A stretch of 64,000 bases of DNA from an uncultured Fibrobacterota bacterium (GTDB lineage Bacteria; Fibrobacterota; Chitinivibrionia; Chitinivibrionales; FEN-1185), in contig CAVWBU010000016.1 in assembly GCA_963753345.1 (NCBI GenBank), positions 96,001-160,000 on the forward strand, in the 5' to 3' direction. The notes under the pieces are model-generated. The model did not search any database, was not told the DNA's origin, and saw nothing but the letters and a program-made list of their open reading frames with translations. Every line of letters starts with the position of its first letter. The first letter of the stretch is position 1. This document shows, piece after piece, positions 8,515 through 18,542 of the stretch. Made by a program: the position numbers and the translations under genes.

Positions 8515-9111
8515 CTACCGGTGATGTGCTACACTGTCTACCATACGGTTCAGCCTGAGAACATTGACCCGCGGCATTCCCAATATTCCCAACTGGGGTT
8601 GTTCAATCGCTCTTTCGACCATTGCCGAAAGAGCCTCTTTCTGCAGCAGGGTCATGTGCCGCTGCTCTGCGACTCTGTTTATCTGCAAACGTGCGGCTTC
8701 GGGGCTGCTATGAGGATCCAATCCGCTGGCCGAAGAAAAGAGCATGTCGGGCGGCACGGCGGAATCCAACGCAATGCCGAACGTGTTCCGGAATTCTTTG
8801 CGCCGCGCCGCAACCGAATCTCTAAGCTGGAGACTTACCGAGCCCAGGTTGCTGGCGCCAGAAGGAAGCGGATCATACGAAATCGATGACGGACGGGATC
8901 TGAAGTATTTGGGTGTTGCAAAGGTCTGTCCAAGCAATTCCGATCCGACAATCTTTTCCCCAGCGGTAACAAGGCTCCCATTTGCCCGGAACGGAAAAAG
9001 ACATTGGGCAAGAGCCGTAACCGTCACCGTGTAGAGCACACCGCACGCCACGGTAAAAACAACATACATCCGTACCGCACCAATCAGATTTTTCATCATG
9101 CTTCCTGTCAT
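8515..9111 (-). CDS. kdpC: K+-transporting ATPase subunit C (true start may be 9099 or 9096)
   Basis: [43 protein letters not shown]. Confidence 0.95.
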   Translation of the reverse strand: MTGSMMKNLIGAVRMYVVFTVACGVLYTVTVTALAQCLFPFRANGSLVTAGEKIVGSELLGQTFATPKYFRSRPSSISYDPLPSGASNLGSVSLQLRDSVAARRKEFRNTFGIALDSAVPPDMLFSSASGLDPHSSPEAARLQINRVAEQRHMTLLQKEALSAMVERAIEQPQLGILGMPRVNVLRLNRMVDSVAHHR

Positions 9112-11204
9112 ACAAGGCGAATGGCAGTAATCACCATATCGAGAAGTTTAATTCCCGCAAACGGCGCAATAAGACCTCCGCATCCGTACAGCCAGAGGTT
9201 GCGCGTAAGGATTTTCGCCGCAGCCATGGGCTTGTATCCGACACCCTTTACGGCAAGTGGAATGAGCGCAACAATGATGAGCGCATTGAAGATCACTGCG
9301 CTCAGTATCGCACTGTGAGGCGACGAAAGCCTCATGATATTCAAGACCGAAAGCGGTCCCGTGTGACCGCCCATCGCGAACAATCCCGAAAACATCGCAG
9401 GAAGTATCGCAAAATATTTTGCAACATCGTTTGCAATGCTGAACGTCGTGAGCGACCCGCGGGTCATGAGAAGCTGTTTGCCGATTTCGACCACTTCGAG
9501 GAGTTTCGTCGGATTGCTGTCGAGGTCGACCATGTTTCCGGCTTCGCGGGCAGCCTGCGTTCCGGAGTTCATGGCAACTCCCACATCGGCCTGTGCCAGG
9601 GCAGGCGCATCGTTGGTGCCGTCGCCAATCATGGCAACAAGGTGTCCCTGGGCCTGTTCTTCACGGATGCGAGCAAGCTTCGCTTCGGGTTTTGCCTCGG
9701 CAAGAAAATCGTCAACGCCCGCCTCGGCTGCGATTGCCGCGGCGGTAACAGCATTGTCACCGGTTATCATTACTGTTTTGATGCCCATGGTTCTCAGCCG
9801 TTCAAACCGTTCGCGAATGCCGCCTTTTACCGCGTCCTTAAGACGGATGACCCCGAGCGCATGATTGTTTTCGGCAACCACCAGCGGCGTGCCGCCCTGC
9901 TCGGCAACATTCTTCACAATGGAAAAAACCTGCAGCGGATACAAGCCGTCGTTTTCGAGAACGAATTTCAGTATTGATTCGGCGGAGCCCTTCCGGATCC
10001 TCCGCATGCCGCTGCCGGATGGGTCCGGAATATCCACGCCGCTCATTTGTGATTGCGCGGAAAAGGGCAGGAACTTTGCACGCGTCCCCGCTATGTCATG
10101 GCCTCGGATATTGAATTCATTCTTGACAAGAACAACAATGGAGCGGCCTTCGGGGGTTTCGTCGGCCAGCGACGCGAGCTGCGCGGCTTCCGCGAGGCGT
10201 TCGATTGTAGTGCCGGGCCCGGGGATGAGTTCGGCCGCCATCCGGTTGCCGATGGTGATCGTTCCTGTTTTATCAAGCATCAGCACATCCACGTCGCCCG
10301 CTGCCTCTATGGCCCTGCCGCTTGTGGCAAGCACGTTGTGGCGCAGAAGCCTGTTCATGCCGCTAATGCCGATGGCGCTGAGCAGCCCGCCGATGGTCGT
10401 GGGAATCAGGCACACCAGAAGCGACACGAGGACAGGGATCGACATGTCGGTTGCGCCCGTCTGACCCGTGGACTGCTCGATATAGCGGGCAAATGCCGGC
10501 AGTGTGGCCACGACGACGAGAAATACCAGTGTCAAGCTTGACAAAAGAATCGTCAGGGCTATCTCGTTGGGCGTCTTCTGGCGCACCGCCCCTTCCACCA
10601 GGGCAATCATTCTGTCAAGAAACGAGGTGCCTGCAGCGGACGTAACCCGTATCACAATGCGGTCGCTGATCACTTTGGTGCCGCCGGTCACCGCGCTGCG
10701 GTCGCCACCTGACTCCCGGATCACGGGCGCACTCTCGCCGGTCACCGCAGATTCGTCCACGCTGGCGATCCCCTCGACCACTTCCCCGTCCGCAGGAATG
10801 ATATCACCGGTTTCGCACACGACAACATCACCGGGTTTAAGGTCTGCCGCACTCACGGTCGCTTCTCCGCTCCCGTCCAATTTTCGGGCCATGGTCTGCT
10901 TCCGTGTTTTTCTCAGCGCGGCAGCCTGCGCCTTGCCCCTTCCCTCTGCGACCGCTTCGGCGAAATTGGCAAACAGCACCGTGAACCAGAGCCACAGGCA
11001 TATCTGGACGTCAAAAAAGATGGGCCTGCGGTGAATCATGTCCGACAGCGCCGAAAACGATGAAAGCAATGCTCCGACACCGACGATGAAAATCACGGGG
11101 TTCTTATACAGCACCCGGGGATCGCATTTTCTCAATGAGTCTGCAATCGCACCCCTGAGAATTGATGGAGAAACCGTCTTTATTTCTTGCGCCTGCTTTG
11201 TCAT
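9108..11204 (-). CDS. kdpB: K+-transporting P-type ATPase subunit B
   Basis: [20 protein letters not shown] phosphorylation site, GDGTNDAP. Confidence 0.97.
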   Translation of the reverse strand: MTKQAQEIKTVSPSILRGAIADSLRKCDPRVLYKNPVIFIVGVGALLSSFSALSDMIHRRPIFFDVQICLWLWFTVLFANFAEAVAEGRGKAQAAALRKTRKQTMARKLDGSGEATVSAADLKPGDVVVCETGDIIPADGEVVEGIASVDESAVTGESAPVIRESGGDRSAVTGGTKVISDRIVIRVTSAAGTSFLDRMIALVEGAVRQKTPNEIALTILLSSLTLVFLVVVATLPAFARYIEQSTGQTGATDMSIPVLVSLLVCLIPTTIGGLLSAIGISGMNRLLRHNVLATSGRAIEAAGDVDVLMLDKTGTITIGNRMAAELIPGPGTTIERLAEAAQLASLADETPEGRSIVVLVKNEFNIRGHDIAGTRAKFLPFSAQSQMSGVDIPDPSGSGMRRIRKGSAESILKFVLENDGLYPLQVFSIVKNVAEQGGTPLVVAENNHALGVIRLKDAVKGGIRERFERLRTMGIKTVMITGDNAVTAAAIAAEAGVDDFLAEAKPEAKLARIREEQAQGHLVAMIGDGTNDAPALAQADVGVAMNSGTQAAREAGNMVDLDSNPTKLLEVVEIGKQLLMTRGSLTTFSIANDVAKYFAILPAMFSGLFAMGGHTGPLSVLNIMRLSSPHSAILSAVIFNALIIVALIPLAVKGVGYKPMAAAKILTRNLWLYGCGGLIAPFAGIKLLDMVITAIRLV

Positions 11205-11207
11205 AGG

Positions 11208-12899
11208 TCACATGCCCTTACCACTAAGAAGCATCAGGTGCTCGATGACCGGCCCGAGGCACAACGCCGGGAAGAAATTAAGCGCGCCCACAATGATCAC
11301 GACACCGATCAAGAGAACCACAAACAGCGCGCCGTCCGTGGGAAATGTTCCGCTTGACAATGCCATGGTTTTCTTCGAGCTCACCGAGCCTGCCACGGCG
11401 AGCATGGGGACAATCACGGAAAACCGCCCTGCAATCATAGCGAAAGCAGTTGTCAGGTTATAAAAAAGCGTGTTTGCGTTGAGACCTGCAAATGCGCTTC
11501 CGTTGTTGTTTGACGTGGAGGAAAATGCGTACAGGATTTCTCCGAACCCGTGCGTGCCGCCCGTGGAAAGCCCGGCAAGCCCTGCTTTGGTGTCACAGGC
11601 AAGTGCAGACAGCCCGAGCACCGTGATCGAAGAAAGTAACACGGCGATAACGGACATTTTTACTTCAAAGGAATCGATTTTCTTTCCGAGATATTCGGGC
11701 GTGCGGCCCACCATCAGGCCCGCGATAAACACCGCAAGAATCGCATAGGCTATCATGCCGTACATTCCCGAGCCCACGCCGCCGAAAACAACTTCACCGA
11801 CCATCATGTTGAACATGGCAACCATACCGGCCACGGGGGAAAGGCTTTCGTGCATTGCATTGACCGATCCGTTTGACGCAGCCGTGGTCGCGGTTGACCA
11901 GATTACGCTGTTTGTCACGCCGAACCGCAATTCCTTTCCTTCAAGCGAGACCGTTGTCCCGAGGACCTGATTGTAATGGAATTCACCATAGAGAGACGCG
12001 GCAAGGCCCAAAATAAATATTAATAGCATTGCAGTGAAAAGCGCCCAGCCCTGCCGCTGTGAACCGACCATTGTTCCAAATGAATAAGTCAACGCTGCAG
12101 GCAGCAGAAGAATCGCAAGCATTTCAAGGAAATTGGAAAGCGGCGTCGGGTTTTCAAAGGGATGTGCGCTGTTGACATTAAAGAACCCGCCGCCGTTCGT
12201 GCCGAGTTGTTTTATTGCTATCTGTGAAGCTGCCGGTCCGCGCGGGATCGTCTGTTTCTGTCCCTCCACCGTTGTTGCCGTCGCATACGGTGCAAATGTC
12301 TGGACGACCCCCTGGCTTGCGAGCACCAGGGCCAACACGAGAGAAAGCGGCAGCAGAATGTACACGGTCGACCGCACAAGATCGGCCCAGAAATTCCCAA
12401 TGGTCGACATTGACCGGCGCGACAGCCCCCGGGCCAGAGCCGCGAACACCGCCATGCCGGTCGCGGCGCTGAGAAAGTTCTGCACGGCCAGTCCCAGCAT
12501 CTGCGTGCAATAGGACAAGGTCGTCTCCCCCGCGTACGCCTGCCAGTTTGTATTCGTGACAAAGCTCACGGCGGTATTCAGACTCAAAGACCATGGGACG
12601 CCGGAAAGATGTTGCGGGTTGAGCGGCAATGACTTTTGAAATACCTGCAGGAGAAAAAGCGCAAGTACCGCGATTCCGTTAAACCACAGGAGGGCCCTAC
12701 AATACTGTTTCCAGGTCATCTCTTCTTGACTGTCAATTCCGCCTAGTTTATAAATGGCCTTTTCTAAATGAGAAAACGCAGGCGAAAGGAATGTCTTCTT
12801 GCCCATCAGAACCTTTGCCATAAAGGAGCCAAGGGGCGGGGTCAGAATACAGATCAATCCGATGTAAAGGGCAACCTGGATAACATCAGCAAAGTGCAT
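11208..12899 (-). CDS. kdpA: K+-transporting ATPase subunit A
   Basis: SFVTNTNWQ, LGTNGGG, SNGSVN, GRTPEYLGKK, NNGSAF selectivity-filter motifs. Confidence 0.97.
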   Translation of the reverse strand: MHFADVIQVALYIGLICILTPPLGSFMAKVLMGKKTFLSPAFSHLEKAIYKLGGIDSQEEMTWKQYCRALLWFNGIAVLALFLLQVFQKSLPLNPQHLSGVPWSLSLNTAVSFVTNTNWQAYAGETTLSYCTQMLGLAVQNFLSAATGMAVFAALARGLSRRSMSTIGNFWADLVRSTVYILLPLSLVLALVLASQGVVQTFAPYATATTVEGQKQTIPRGPAASQIAIKQLGTNGGGFFNVNSAHPFENPTPLSNFLEMLAILLLPAALTYSFGTMVGSQRQGWALFTAMLLIFILGLAASLYGEFHYNQVLGTTVSLEGKELRFGVTNSVIWSTATTAASNGSVNAMHESLSPVAGMVAMFNMMVGEVVFGGVGSGMYGMIAYAILAVFIAGLMVGRTPEYLGKKIDSFEVKMSVIAVLLSSITVLGLSALACDTKAGLAGLSTGGTHGFGEILYAFSSTSNNNGSAFAGLNANTLFYNLTTAFAMIAGRFSVIVPMLAVAGSVSSKKTMALSSGTFPTDGALFVVLLIGVVIIVGALNFFPALCLGPVIEHLMLLSGKGM

Positions 12900-12910
12900 T
12901 GTTGTCTCCG

Positions 12911-12997
12911 CTAGAATTTCTCAGGATAGAGAATGGAATAAACAAGGTACATGCCCAGCAGGAATACGACCATAATAATGAGCACCGTCCCGACCAT
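12911..12997 (-). CDS. kdpF: K+-transporting ATPase small subunit F (28 aa, MVGTVLIIMVVFLLGMYLVYSILYPEKF)
   Basis: Hydrophobic peptide ending in YL.Y.L.PEKF directly upstream of kdpA, with AGGAGG RBS. Below the ORF-track size cutoff. Confidence 0.9.
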   Translation of the reverse strand: MVGTVLIIMVVFLLGMYLVYSILYPEKF

Positions 12998-13065
12998 GAT
13001 GTCCTCCTGTTTATGAAAATTACGGAATAATGTATTGGGAAAATCTAAAAATGCAGGCTAAACCT

Positions 13066-13084
13066 ATAAGGAAAACATAAGGAA
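13066..13084 (-). promoter_or_regulatory. Putative KdpE-binding direct repeat
   Basis: ATAAGGAA at 13066 and 13077 (11-bp period, typical OmpR-family spacing), upstream of kdpF. Confidence 0.45.
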
Positions 13085-13171
13085 GGTTGGCACAAGGACT
13101 ATCGGACTACACATGTATGATCGAGGCCCTGAAAATGGCAATCGAAAAGCAGGCAGCCGCGTATGACCTGA

Positions 13172-14887
13172 TCACAGACGGATCTTCCGCATACCGCACA
13201 TTGTCGCACCGGAAATCTTGATTATGTAAACTCCCCTGGACAACGCACGCAGATCAAGCCGGGTCTGCCGTGCCGTCATCTGTTGCCGCATCAGCAAAAC
13301 GCCATTCAAGGCGTAGATGGACGCCGTGCCCGGTTGATTAACGGTTATCACGCCGTTGACAGGACCGGAAAACAGTCCGGCATTATTGTATTGTTTCGCC
13401 GGTGCGGCGGTTGTCACTGCGGTGTTGTTCGTGATAATCACGCAGCCGGATGCCGGCACGGAAATCTGCGTGCCGACCGGGGTGAAGGTGATTGACTGCT
13501 GCGCAATGCTCCCACTGTTGGTGACGCTGCCGCCGCCGCTCGTATTGACCACGTTCCAGCCGGTGCCGCTCAGCGCGTAATTCATCGCCGCGCCCGATGT
13601 GTTGCACAGGACCATCCCGTTCTGATAGTCCCTCTTGAAAAGGGACGCGGAACCGGAGCCGGCCACGCGCAAGCTGTCGATGACCGACGGGACCCGGCTC
13701 TGGTCGCCGAGGTTGATTTCGTATTCCGGGAACCAGCTCGGCGCGCCCGGACCGAGAATATTGACAAAACTGTTTTCGTTCTTCACCAGCATGTACATGC
13801 CGGTGCGCCGGTATCGCTCGGCCTGTGTTGTGTCGTAAAATTGCGCAATAAGAATCTTGCCCCTGCCGGTAAGATGCTTGACGGCCCGCGAGAGGGTGAG
13901 ATACATGTCCGACCCCGTGGCGTTGCCGAAGCTTTCCAGCATCGCACCGTCGATCGTTTCACCGCCCGCATCGCCTTCCATCCAGGCCGGATCGTACCAG
14001 CCGGTGGTCATCTGGTCAACGTTGGGAATGATGAGATAATCAACGGACGACGTATGAAATCTTTTGTAAATTGACTTCCAGTACCCGAGGTACTGGGCGT
14101 TCATCCAGACGGCAAAGTCGCCAAGCGAGGCAATGGTGTAACCCGCGGGCCCGAACGGGCTCAGGTACCAGTTGAAATTGTGCGGCGCCGGATCGCCCGC
14201 GGCCGGATTGTAGAGTCCGGGAACCATGGTCTCCACGCACACGTCAAAGAAGCACCCTTCGTCCTGCTCGCCGGCCATCCAGTTGATCGTGACGTCGGCA
14301 ACGTACTTCTGCCAGTCCGCATTTTCCAGACACATCGTCCATTGCGGATCGGTGTGCCAGACCCGGTTGTTCGGATCCACGCTCGTGTAATGCTGGAACA
14401 TCTGTTCGAACCGCGTGCTACCCTGCGCTATGCCCGCGGCCGCGAGCCAGGGCGCAAAACAGCTGTCCCATTCCGACACCCATCCTTTGGGCGTGCACGA
14501 GGTGATGAGCGCGGTGCCGTGCGGAAGCGGACAGTCATTGTCGTTCTGGGGATTGATGCCGTTTGACAGATGGTAGATCACGCAGAGAAAATTGGCATTG
14601 TACGCGCGGTAATCGGCGACCTGATTCGCCGCCATTTTCTGGCTCGCCACATAGTTCTGGGCAATGAACTGGATTTTTCCGGCAGGCTGACCGAACAGCT
14701 CATCGGCCCATACCAGGTTGTATTTCTTTGTTGACGGCACGTAACGATTTGCCGGCAGTTTCATGGCGGCGGTGATGGGAGACGCCGACGTGCCGCCCGG
14801 AGGCCAGGACTGCACCTGGGAAAAAGACGGCTTGGCAAGAGAACTCATCATCAACACCGCGGCTGCAAGAACTGCGGCTGTTTTCAT
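13172..14887 (-). CDS. Secreted putative glycoside hydrolase (GHL15-like) with C-terminal sorting domain
   Basis: Signal peptide; GCFFD, IDGAMLESF, WFPEYEINLG, FKRDYQNGMVLCN; C-terminal IYALNG...LSRGVYIIKI. Confidence 0.55.
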   Translation of the reverse strand: MKTAAVLAAAVLMMSSLAKPSFSQVQSWPPGGTSASPITAAMKLPANRYVPSTKKYNLVWADELFGQPAGKIQFIAQNYVASQKMAANQVADYRAYNANFLCVIYHLSNGINPQNDNDCPLPHGTALITSCTPKGWVSEWDSCFAPWLAAAGIAQGSTRFEQMFQHYTSVDPNNRVWHTDPQWTMCLENADWQKYVADVTINWMAGEQDEGCFFDVCVETMVPGLYNPAAGDPAPHNFNWYLSPFGPAGYTIASLGDFAVWMNAQYLGYWKSIYKRFHTSSVDYLIIPNVDQMTTGWYDPAWMEGDAGGETIDGAMLESFGNATGSDMYLTLSRAVKHLTGRGKILIAQFYDTTQAERYRRTGMYMLVKNENSFVNILGPGAPSWFPEYEINLGDQSRVPSVIDSLRVAGSGSASLFKRDYQNGMVLCNTSGAAMNYALSGTGWNVVNTSGGGSVTNSGSIAQQSITFTPVGTQISVPASGCVIITNNTAVTTAAPAKQYNNAGLFSGPVNGVITVNQPGTASIYALNGVLLMRQQMTARQTRLDLRALSRGVYIIKISGATMCGMRKIRL

Positions 14888-14902
14888 GACGGTTGCCTCT
14901 TT

Positions 14903-15559
14903 CTATTTCACGGGCTTTGCATTGACCAGCGTTCTCAGCGTTTCCAGCGGAACAAGGCCGTCAAAACGCTTGCCATTAATATAAAGCGTCGGCGTCACCG
15001 ATATACCCATTTTCCCCGCGTCCCTTACCTCACCGGCAATGGCGTCGCCATGTTTTCCGGCACGCAGACAATTTTCAAAGGATGCGGCGTCGAGACCCAT
15101 CTGCCGGGCCAAAGCAACAAATGTCTCATCCGTCAAATCCGCCTTGAGTCCGAACATGGCGTCACTGTATTCCCAGAACTTTCCCTGATCTCCGGCGCAC
15201 TCGGAAGCTTCAGCCGCTTTCGGAGCAAACGGGTGATTGCTGAGCGGGAAATGACGGTACACCCATCGAACGTCCGCCTCGTTGATGATCGTGCGCATGG
15301 ACTGATGGAATTGCGCGCAAAAAGGGCATTGAAAATCGGCATACTCAATCACCGTGTATTTGGCGTTCGGGTTGCCGCGAACATGATCGGAGGGTACAAC
15401 CTTCGGCGCCGGTGTGAACGCAAATCGAATCCCGGCGAGTGCATTCGGGTTCCGCTGCTGTATCACGAGGATGACATTGGTGAGGACACTGAAGATCAAC
15501 AGGACTAAAAGGAAGTTCTTTGAGAAGATTTCTGTTTTCTTTACCTCCGGCTGTTTCAC
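14903..15559 (-). CDS. Membrane-anchored DsbA-family thiol:disulfide oxidoreductase
   Basis: N-terminal TM segment; G.PNA..TVIEYADFQCPFC, YRHFPL, AAEASECA..QGKFW, cis-Pro loop VTPT. Confidence 0.9.
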   Translation of the reverse strand: MKQPEVKKTEIFSKNFLLVLLIFSVLTNVILVIQQRNPNALAGIRFAFTPAPKVVPSDHVRGNPNAKYTVIEYADFQCPFCAQFHQSMRTIINEADVRWVYRHFPLSNHPFAPKAAEASECAGDQGKFWEYSDAMFGLKADLTDETFVALARQMGLDAASFENCLRAGKHGDAIAGEVRDAGKMGISVTPTLYINGKRFDGLVPLETLRTLVNAKPVK

Positions 15560-15672
15560 GGTTCCGCCTTGGAATCAACATCAGCTTGACAAAGGCCGAC
15601 ATTGGGTCACGTCAATTGCAATGGTAACACGGCGCTTTCGGCACGTATGGCATACGCTCCGGTCGGAGATAT

Positions 15673-15954
15673 CTATGACCCGCTGCAATAGTCGTATGTC
15701 GTGCATGGAGGATTGGTCGGGAGGCTCTGATAGCATTTGCCTGAGGCGCTTCCCGAATTGCAATGATACGGGTATCCGTTGGGACAGCACTTTGACGAAC
15801 CGCTGCAATACGTGTACCCTGAATTGCAGCCGGTTACGCCGGCAAGCGGGTTTGTGCAACTGATGCAGGCGATGGCAAACAGCCCCAGAACCGGTAACGC
15901 CACCACTGCGCGAACATATAACCTGATTGCAGACCTGGATTTCAAGTACGACAT
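15673..15954 (-). CDS. Small cysteine-rich putative lipoprotein (8 Cys in the mature part)
   Basis: AGGAGG RBS; signal peptide ending in lipobox-like IACISC; mature region C-X6-C-X5-CC-X7-C-X8-C-X9-C-X5-C; consensus promoter upstream. Confidence 0.7.
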   Translation of the reverse strand: MSYLKSRSAIRLYVRAVVALPVLGLFAIACISCTNPLAGVTGCNSGYTYCSGSSKCCPNGYPYHCNSGSASGKCYQSLPTNPPCTTYDYCSGS

Positions 15955-16062
15955 AACCACTGCCTCCTGTTCTTGGTGATCGAATTTGTCTATCCCTGGG
16001 ACGGGCCTTCGCAGCCCCGTTCCCCGCTTACGCCGGCTTTCGAGCCGGTGTTCCCCATTGGG

Positions 16063-16091
16063 ATTATACGGTCCATGGGGCTCGGTGTCAA
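16063..16091 (-). promoter_or_regulatory. Consensus sigma70 promoter for the Cys-rich lipoprotein/dsbA unit
   Basis: Minus strand TTGACA (16091-16086), 17 bp, TATAAT (16068-16063). Confidence 0.75.
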
Positions 16092-16181
16092 ATTAAAAAG
16101 AGTGACGGAACGTTTTCGGCGGATGGGGAAAAGAGGAGGAGCCTTCCAACACGGGCCATCTTGATAAATGCATCATTTTCA

Positions 16182-17285
16182 TCACGGAAATACCACTCTC
16201 AATCCCGGCACTTTCCTCATCACCACCGTCACGGTCACGCACACCACGAGCGTGAGAACGGCGGTCATCGGAATTCCGAGTATCGGATGCACGAATGTCG
16301 CGTCAAGAGTAAAACCCGGAAGGTGTCCCTTGAGGATCTCCAGGACCAGAATGTGCATCAGGTAAACGCTGAAACTCGCGCCGCTCACCGCCGGCACAAT
16401 CCCGTAGAGCCGGGGCGCGGCGCGGCGCACGGCGTCGAACGGAAGGGATTTACAGACAAGAAATATACAGGCCGCGGCGACGACAACAGTGGGGCTCAGA
16501 AAATCCTGGAACGTGGCGTCGTAGGCGCTGCGCAGTCCGTGCGAAAGCATGTAGCCGGACAGGGTCGTTGCGACAAGGCATAGCGCTGCGACGAGCGCGA
16601 GCCACGCCGCTGTTCTTTTGCCCGGCCGCAGGTCGCGCAAAAAGTTTCCAAGCAGGAACGCGCCGAGGAACCCTCCGGCGACCATGATGGGAATGCCGAT
16701 TGCTATTCCCCAGAAATGGCGGACCAGCGGATACAGGCACGCGCCCGCGAACCACAGCGCAAGCAGATACGTGTAATTCGAGCGCGATGCGTGTTTCGCG
16801 TAAACGCGGAACACCGGCGTTGCAAGATAGATGCCGGCGATCGTATAGATGAACCACAGGTGATAGTAAACCGGGCCTTCGACGAACTCGCGCGCCAAGC
16901 GGGCAAACGAATGGGCCGAGACATGTCCGTGCGTCTTCCAGAAAAAGTACACGCTCCCCCACACGACAAACGGCACGACAATCCTCAGAAACCGCTTCCG
17001 GAAGAAAAGCATCATGCTTTCGTCCTTTGACGGCGACAGGAGAAGGAGCCCGCTCACCATAACAAACAGGGCAATGCTGGGACGTGCGAACGAATAGATG
17101 ATGTTTGCCGTCCACCACCAGCCGAGAGAATACTCCGCCGGGTGCTGCGCGATGGGCGAAGCGACGTGCAGGAACACGATTGACACTGCGGCAAAAGCGC
17201 GGAGCGCGTCGGCAAATTCGATGCGCTTATCCACGGAGACGGCGTTCTTCTCTTGACCCGGGATGTCGGTGATGATGATGTTCAT
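16182..17285 (-). CDS. Acyltransferase family 3 (O-acetyltransferase-like membrane protein)
   Basis: DALRAFA..SIVFLH, LFVMVSG.LL, FFRKRFLRIVVP, YHLWFIY, SFSVYLMH; about 10 TM segments. Confidence 0.88.
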   Translation of the reverse strand: MNIIITDIPGQEKNAVSVDKRIEFADALRAFAAVSIVFLHVASPIAQHPAEYSLGWWWTANIIYSFARPSIALFVMVSGLLLLSPSKDESMMLFFRKRFLRIVVPFVVWGSVYFFWKTHGHVSAHSFARLAREFVEGPVYYHLWFIYTIAGIYLATPVFRVYAKHASRSNYTYLLALWFAGACLYPLVRHFWGIAIGIPIMVAGGFLGAFLLGNFLRDLRPGKRTAAWLALVAALCLVATTLSGYMLSHGLRSAYDATFQDFLSPTVVVAAACIFLVCKSLPFDAVRRAAPRLYGIVPAVSGASFSVYLMHILVLEILKGHLPGFTLDATFVHPILGIPMTAVLTLVVCVTVTVVMRKVPGLRVVFP

Positions 17286-17453
17286 GGCTTATTATTATTA
17301 TTCGTTTTTCTTCGTACAAAAATAAATATAGCTTGTGGGGGAGGTATCCCCCTGCCTGCGGCCGCCTTCGGCGTCCTCCGTCACCCCCTCCTGGGTGCAC
17401 CCCAAGTGGGAGCAATGGCAGAACCAGATACCTGTGTGGGGGCACCCACGAAG

Positions 17454-17509
17454 AATAGTTGAGGAGTTGAGAGGAAAAAGCGTTGAAAAGTTGAAGCGTT
17501 GAAAAGCAA
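17454..17509 (+). repeat. Degenerate 8-bp-period tandem tract (consensus ANNNGTTG)
   Basis: aatagttg/aggagttg/agaggaaa/aagcgttg/aaaagttg/aagcgttg/aaaagcaa. Confidence 0.55.
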
Positions 17510-17531
17510 TGCAAATGATATTGGTTGATAT

Positions 17532-17759
17532 CTGCGAATGCGGTTTGGCGCGAGAAGAAGATTGACTTAATAGAATTCCTCTGCTGCGCGTTAGGTGGAC
17601 CGCAGGGTGCGCACGAGCGCAGGGCCGGCCGACCCCGGCCGAAGGCCATAGGGGCGGACCGGCACCGAGGCCGAACGGCCGAGCCCGGAGGGAGACCGAC
17701 CCACCAATGTAGCGACGTAGCGCGCTACATTGGCGGGGAACGCCCAACTCCTGTCATGA
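17532..17759 (+). repeat. Structured dispersed repeat, copy A
   Basis: Homologous to the reverse complement of 31053-31301. 17580-17609 matches 31223-31252 (reverse complement) at 28/30 bases. Shared CGAGGC..GAAC.GCCGAGCCCG.AGGGA and AACGCCCAACTC blocks. Confidence 0.75.
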
Positions 17760-17837
17760 CTTGTAGCGTGGCGGGGCGCCCAACTCCTTTCTCTTGTTGT
17801 GGTTATAATCCCCAGCGCATTTGATATATTTATCATT

Positions 17838-18542
17838 ATGAAAATCGCAGTGCACCAGCCGCAGTACATGCCCGGACCCGCGTACTTCCACAAGATGGCC
17901 TCGGCCGACCTTTTCGTTTTTCTCAATGACGTGCAGTTTGAAAAGAACGGGCTGCAGAACCGCAACCGGATCCGAAACGCCGAATCTCGGCAGTGGTTCA
18001 CCGTGCCCACCCTGTACCGTTTCCCGCAGAAAATAAACGAGGTCGAGGCCGATTTCACGCACAACTGGCAGAGAAACCACCTGCATTCTCTTGACGCATG
18101 CTACGGCGCCGCCCCGTTTTACCGGAACTACATTCCGCTGTTTGCCGAGTTCTTCTGCGCTCCGGCAAGCCGGATCGACAGGATCGGCATCGATTCGGTG
18201 CGGCTGCTTGCAGGCATCCTAGGCATCAAGACCGAAACCGTGCTGTCCTCCGATTACCGTTTTAAGGGAAAGGGAACGGAACGACTGGTCGCCATGTGCC
18301 GGCACTTCAAGGCCGGCACCTACCTTGCGGACCAGGACGAGGGCGATTACGTGGACATGACGCTGGTGGAAAGCGCGGGCGTCAAGGTGGAATTTCTTGA
18401 TTTCAAATGCCCGGCGTATCCCCAGCACCGTTCAAAAGGGCACGAGGACTTTATGCCCGACCTGTCGGCCGTGGACCTTGTCTTCAACTGCGGCCCCAGG
18501 AGCCTCGGGATCATCATGGGCGCGCTGGGCGCGCAATCATGA
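17838..18542 (+). CDS. WbqC-family protein
   Basis: VHQPQYMP, DLFVFLNDVQF.K...NRNRI, WFTVP, YPQ...F.PDLS.VDL.FN.G. Confidence 0.88.
   Translation: MKIAVHQPQYMPGPAYFHKMASADLFVFLNDVQFEKNGLQNRNRIRNAESRQWFTVPTLYRFPQKINEVEADFTHNWQRNHLHSLDACYGAAPFYRNYIPLFAEFFCAPASRIDRIGIDSVRLLAGILGIKTETVLSSDYRFKGKGTERLVAMCRHFKAGTYLADQDEGDYVDMTLVESAGVKVEFLDFKCPAYPQHRSKGHEDFMPDLSAVDLVFNCGPRSLGIIMGALGAQS

Noticed and set aside
15975-16056. c-di-GMP-I riboswitch in the leader of the Cys-rich lipoprotein
   Set aside because: There are two hairpins, one with a GAAA-like loop, but the GGCAAA/GACGCAAA junction and tetraloop-receptor consensus are missing.
17590-17748. Integron attC sites (GTTAGGT and GCCCAAC within the dispersed repeat)
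   Set aside because: The GTTRRRY and RYYYAAC motifs are in the wrong order for an attC, no L boxes are evident, and there is no integrase or cassette array.
17525-17824. Small ORFs 17525-17824 and 31053-31334 sharing C.ALGGP.G
   Set aside because: The similarity reflects the DNA repeat. The frames diverge after the block, so they are unlikely to be real proteins.
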